A DNA stretch of 64,000 nt from Stegostoma tigrinum. Taxonomy: Eukaryota. The position numbers and the translations under genes were made by a program. A model generated the notes under the pieces. The model did no database searches. It saw nothing but the letters and a program-made list of their open reading frames with translations, and was not told where the DNA came from. Below are positions 60,101 through 64,000 of the stretch, one piece after another; the stretch's first letter is position 1; every line of letters starts with the position of its first letter. The stretch lies in the NCBI RefSeq assembly GCF_030684315.1, contig NC_081363.1:69052517-69116516 (forward strand), given 5' to 3'.

Positions 60101-62600
60101 ATCCCACAAAATAAATAAAAAGAAACACACTGCATCAAGATAATAACCTTGCACGCGACTTCCATCTTCATTTTGGTATTGCCAAAGAGACTGGCTGGGG
60201 GTCCACAGCTCTTTGAAGTCCCCGAGTTTTCACAACGATGCAAGAATTTGGTTACTTCAATCTGCAGCTCAATTGTATTCATGTACCTTTATTTAAAAAA
60301 AAAGCAAAAAGGTTCTACAAATTAGAAGTTCAAATGACATGTAACAGCTAGTTCTGGAGTTTATGGCTGGTTTACTGGCTTATTTTAGTCTGGGCATCAC
60401 ATTAAAATACAATTAAACTCCCAGAATTCATTTTGCTTTACAGCAGCTCAACCAGAACTGGTATACCATTGCGTTCCATGATAATGAAGAAAAGGTGCAT
60501 TTGTTCTACTTTTCACCACCTCAACTCCATTTTAAACAAATAGCAAAGATGGGAGTTTGTGACCTTCCTCCCTTTAATCATAACTTTTAGTACAATGGTG
60601 AGAAACAGATGACCAAATTAAAACCTTTGTGCTGCCAGTTTACCTGATCGGAGCCTTTTGCAAATTTGTTCTCAGAAGGTAGGTGATGCTATCGATGCTG
60701 CATTTATTGCCCAATCCTAGTTACTCTAAAATAATGGCAGATTCTACTACCTTGAACTTTGGTCACATTTGTGGTGACAGTAATTCCACAAAAGATGGAT
60801 AGGGAATTTCTTTGTAATAACTAGGATCATTGTCCCTTCTGCTTTGTGCCTTCATCCTAAAATGATAACTTTACAAATACCGTACATTTTTCTAACAGTG
60901 AAATATTAGGAGGGTGGTTCCTTTTAATTTGTTTTAATTATACAGAAAAAGATGATCTAATTCACAAGCTACTATATTTTTCTTCCCCTAGAAGAACAGA
61001 AAAACACTTCAATAAATTAGTTAGTAAAAATAATGATTACAACTGTTTCTTGAGTTATTAAAATCAGTTACACATCTTTTGCAGGAGTTTTCAGGATTTT
61101 GAGAATTAATAATTATTGAAAATAAAAAAAACTTCCCAAAATGGATGCCTCTGCCATAGTAAGCTGCTAATTCTTGTTTTGTTCATTAACGAGAAATCAT
61201 TGCCAACCTTGCATAAATTTGCACTCACTCTGCCAAACATGACAAAATGATACCTATACTTTAGTATGTACTGGGTGGCATTTACATGTGCATTTGTGTT
61301 TGGGGAGTGGGTGCATGAGTACGGAGGCAGGAGTGGGTAGGCGTGTTTGTACATGAGACAGCAAGAGAGAAAGTAAGTGTGCAGGAGGAGTTTCAATGTG
61401 CTTTTTCAAATTTACTATTATTATTAGTCCTCCAGAGTGTTTCCATTTGGAGAAGACACAGTGATGTTGTGGTCATGTCACTTGACTCATAACCAGACTG
61501 TCTGGTAGTAAAGTTCTGGGGATGCAGGCTTAAATCCCACCACAATAGCCAGGGGAATTTAAATTGAATTTGTAAGTAAATTTAAATTAATAGATAGCTA
61601 GCCTCAGTAATGGTGACCAAGAAACCATACTGACTTAACAAGCTGACATTTCGGGCCTTGACCCTTCTTCGGAATTTCACCCATTTCTGAAGAAGGCCCG
61701 AAAACGTCAGCGTTCCTGCTCTTCTGATGCTGCTTGGCCTGTGTTCATCCAGCTCTACACCTTGCTATCTCAGATTCTCCAGCATCTGCAGTTCCTATCA
61801 TCTCTAAAACTATTGCTGACTGTAGTTCACAAAAGAACTTAGTTCATTAATGTCCTTTACAGAAGAACCTTACCTAGTCTGGTCTGTACATGCTTCCAGA
61901 TCTACAGCCACATGGTCAACTCTGAACTGTCCTCTGAAAATGGGTCAGCAAGCCACTCAGTTTAACCAGACTGTTATGAAAGGTTGTACTGCAGCATCCC
62001 AAAAGGTGACTCACCTCCTCTTAAGGGCAATTAAGGGTCGGCAACAAATACTGCCTCCACAGTGACATAAACATTGCAAGAAGGAATTTTTTTTAAAAAC
62101 CTACCTTGAGACATCAGCTGCAGACATTTGCTTGCGAAAAGAACTGGTAATTTTCCTTCTTGACGAACTACGTTGGGACACTTCTTGCAAATATGTTTTC
62201 AGGTGACCCTTGGCTTCTGTCAGCCAACCTTGATTGACTCCAAGTTCCTTATAGGATTCTGCTTTGTGACTGAAAAATCTGATGCACGTCATAGCTGCTC
62301 GCATGTGGTCCTGAAATGAACACATCACTTGTGACACTGCTCCATACACAGTCGAAACCCATCTGAAAAGGGCCCATCACACACGGCAAAAATTACAATT
62401 ACCTTCATAAATTGCTGCAGATCATACAGAATGTTGAAGAAACCCCTCATTTGCAAATGTTTGCAGGATGCAATCAAATAGCAACTCCATTTCTCCAGGC
62501 TTGGATCCATATGTTCCAGCAAGTTTTCCAAAGCATGCAGTTTGCCACTTTCATAACTTGGTTTGAAAATCCCTTGCATGAACACCTCTTCAGGGCAACC
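48175..62600 (-). CDS. ZFYVE26: Zinc finger FYVE domain-containing protein 26 (spastizin), last 6 coding exons; gene continues beyond the window
   Basis: Exons (minus) 62600-62403 (GCPEEVFMQGIFKPSYESGKL..LQQFMK), 62310-62105 (DHMRAAMTCIRFFSHKA..SAADVSR), 60286-60148 (YMNTIELQIEVTKFLHRCE..MEVACK), 56677-56618 (VLLGGKNIEEGFGISFRVIQ), 53906-53724 (AFQLDAAAVY..QLLKCVSESG), 49022-48972, 48378-48175 (IRAFLLCRKYRSAYLVAVK..*). That is 6 internal exons plus the terminal exon as listed; GT-AG and phase-consistent. Confidence 0.95.
49918..50562. mobile_element. Putative solo LTR, copy 2
   Basis: Homologous to 22312-22886 (ggaccagactaaacccc..aaggcaagtgtaagg..ttgtgttccagatgcaat..tatcatcaca). Confidence 0.6.
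53215..53640 (-). mobile_element. CR1 LINE 3' fragment
   Basis: MDAPSYSIFKARTDRFLVS; tail acaagaacacaagaaataggagg. Confidence 0.65.
56761..60120 (+). mobile_element. Composite retroelement: tRNA-like head + Deu domain + decayed EN-RT ORF (CR1/L2 group) + SINE-shared tail
   Basis: 56761-57050 matches the window's DeuSINEs. APE endonuclease start NIWGLQPKLGQLFHRLVKQQPDTVILTESYL at ~57175. RT motifs KAIGPDVIPAIVLKTC, QFGFCQGHSAPDL, FDIKAAFD, VPQGSVLGP, LGIVIDQKLNW. Tail caccaccttctcaagggcaagtagggatgggcaataaa..gcccacatcccac. Confidence 0.85.
59858..60065. mobile_element. Fold-back PLE-derived mini element inserted in the LINE tail
   Basis: ~60-bp imperfect inverted arms (aggaacaaaaa..tgtgaaggaaa / tttccttcacaga..tttttgttcct) around degenerate CTAAGGA..AAAACGAT. 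Flanked by tgggcaataaa / tgggcaacaaa, a possible TSD. Confidence 0.65.
61456..62095 (+). mobile_element. Deu-domain SINE interrupted by an inverted PLE terminal-repeat pair (61640-61805)
   Basis: SINE head 61456-61635 and Deu core/tail 61806-62095. The insert carries two opposed degenerate hammerheads (61643-61672 minus; 61687-61710 plus). Confidence 0.7.
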
Positions 62601-62633
62601 CTGAAAAGTAAGACACATACATCAACTCATGTA

Positions 62634-62850
62634 AGAAATGGAAACAGCAACTGCTGGAGAAACTCAGCAGGTCTGGCAGCATCAGTAGAGAGAAACACAG
62701 AGTCAACTTAAACTATGTTCCAAAGAAGTCCTACTGAGCTTGAAACATTAATTCTGTTTCTTCTTCCAAAAATATTGCTATACGTGCTTAGTTTATCCAG
62801 CACTTTTTATTTTTATTTTGGTTCTCCAGCATCTGCGGTATTGTGTTTAT
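62634..62850. mobile_element. Fold-back PLE-derived mini element, old
   Basis: tgctggagaaactcagcaggtctggcagcatc..gaaacacagagtcaac / gaaacattaattctgtttc..gcttagtttatccagca; same family as 59858-60065 and 37355-37490. Confidence 0.55.
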
Positions 62851-63202
62851 CCAAAACGTAAATCCGTGCTTGATCAGAGCTAAGTTAAAAACAATGAACT
62901 TTGGGTGAAAAACACAGCAAGTTGGTAAGTATCTGACAAACACTGTTCAAATCAGATGATCAGGTACGACTGAAATGTCCCAACTCTGTCACAGATTGTT
63001 TATTGACCAGCTGTTCTGTTGCAGAATATTCTTTTTAATTCAGATTTCCTACACGACTACTTTACTTTTTTTTTCCTTATTAAGTTGGAAAAAAGTCAGG
63101 TTTTCAGTGATATTAGAGCACGGGGCAGATCATTTGGTCCAAATAGTCAATACCATGCTCCCCACAAGCCTCCTCCCATCCCGCCCTATCCGCATATTGC
63201 AA

Positions 63203-63528
63203 GGAGACAGTAGCATAGTGGTCATGTCAAAAGGTCGGCCACAGAAAGAAAGGAAATAATGTTCAACTTTACAGTCCTTCAAGTTAAACTTGGCTTCAGA
63301 TTTCCCTAAGGTCCCCTTAAGAGTTTTCGGTGAGGTGTAAAAACCTATCTAGCTTACTAGTGTCCTTTAGGGAAGAAAATCTGCCATATTTACATTGTTT
63401 AGTTTACAAGTGGTTCCAGATCAACTGTTAATTGCTTTCTGAATGCTAGAGTGCCAATCAATTCAAGGGGTGGGCAACAAATGCAGGCCTTGCTAGTGAT
63501 ACCCACGTTCCTTCAAAAAATAAAAAAA
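63203..63528 (+). mobile_element. Deu-domain SINE, decayed
   Basis: ttactagtgtcctttagggaagaaaatctgcca..tgggcaacaaatgcaggccttgctagtgatacccacgttcc. Confidence 0.6.
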
Positions 63529-64000
63529 ATCCCATTTTTCCTTTTGTTCCCATGTAAGTATCTAAGAAGCCTTAGAGACATCTATAATATTCAACTGAAT
63601 GTAGCAAATTCCACATTTGAATGGGTAAAGAAATTTCTTCCAAACTCTCCATGGAATAAGCAACCACTTCTATTTATAACCATTAATTTAGGATCAGCCA
63701 AAAAAATACAGAAATGTTAAGATTCAGGAAAACAAATTTGGGAACTGTTTGGCCAGATTGCACCAAAGAATTGATTTGAGAGACAGAACATCTGTAGAAT
63801 GTTAAATAACATTGCGTTCTCCTGCCTATGGGTGTTCTCATATTCCTCAGCTAGGAAGCCAAGAGATGCCTGCATTCTATCTTCAGTCTTAATTGGGAAA
63901 TCCAATAGCTGAATCCACATCATCAATATCCAGGGTATATCATCAATGCACATTACAAATCATCCTTTTACATCAAAGTAATTTTATACAACATGTACGC

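Noticed and set aside
63717-63953. 78-aa minus ORF as a further ZFYVE26 exon
   Set aside because: No spastizin similarity recognised; it resembles decayed CR1 ORF2 sequence.

Overview
Eukaryotic (vertebrate) genomic DNA, most likely a cartilaginous fish or shark; this is inferred from HE1-type and Deu-domain SINEs, CR1 LINEs and the Penelope-like families present. The window holds the conserved ARG2(+) - VTI1B(-) - RDH11/12(+) - ZFYVE26(-) block. I reconstructed by eye three complete spliced CDSs (ARG2, 8 exons, 355 aa; VTI1B, 6 exons, 222 aa; RDH11/12-like, 7 exons, 318 aa) and the last 6 coding exons of ZFYVE26/spastizin. All have GT-AG boundaries and consistent phases. Introns are rich in retroelements. 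The most notable non-genic signals are: (i) Penelope-like elements (Neptune and Poseidon types) carrying minimal type-I hammerhead ribozyme motifs, including a young TSD-flanked copy with a stop-free 803-codon RT+GIY-YIG frame; (ii) fold-back mini-elements with a hammerhead in the loop and a 2.4 kb head-to-head palindrome; (iii) an apparent orientation filter, in which hammerheads sense to host pre-mRNAs carry core mutations; (iv) a ~3.3 kb element that looks like a tRNA-head/Deu-domain SINE with an EN-RT LINE ORF inside it. No database searches were run. Repeat family names come from recognised motifs, and repeat boundaries are approximate.
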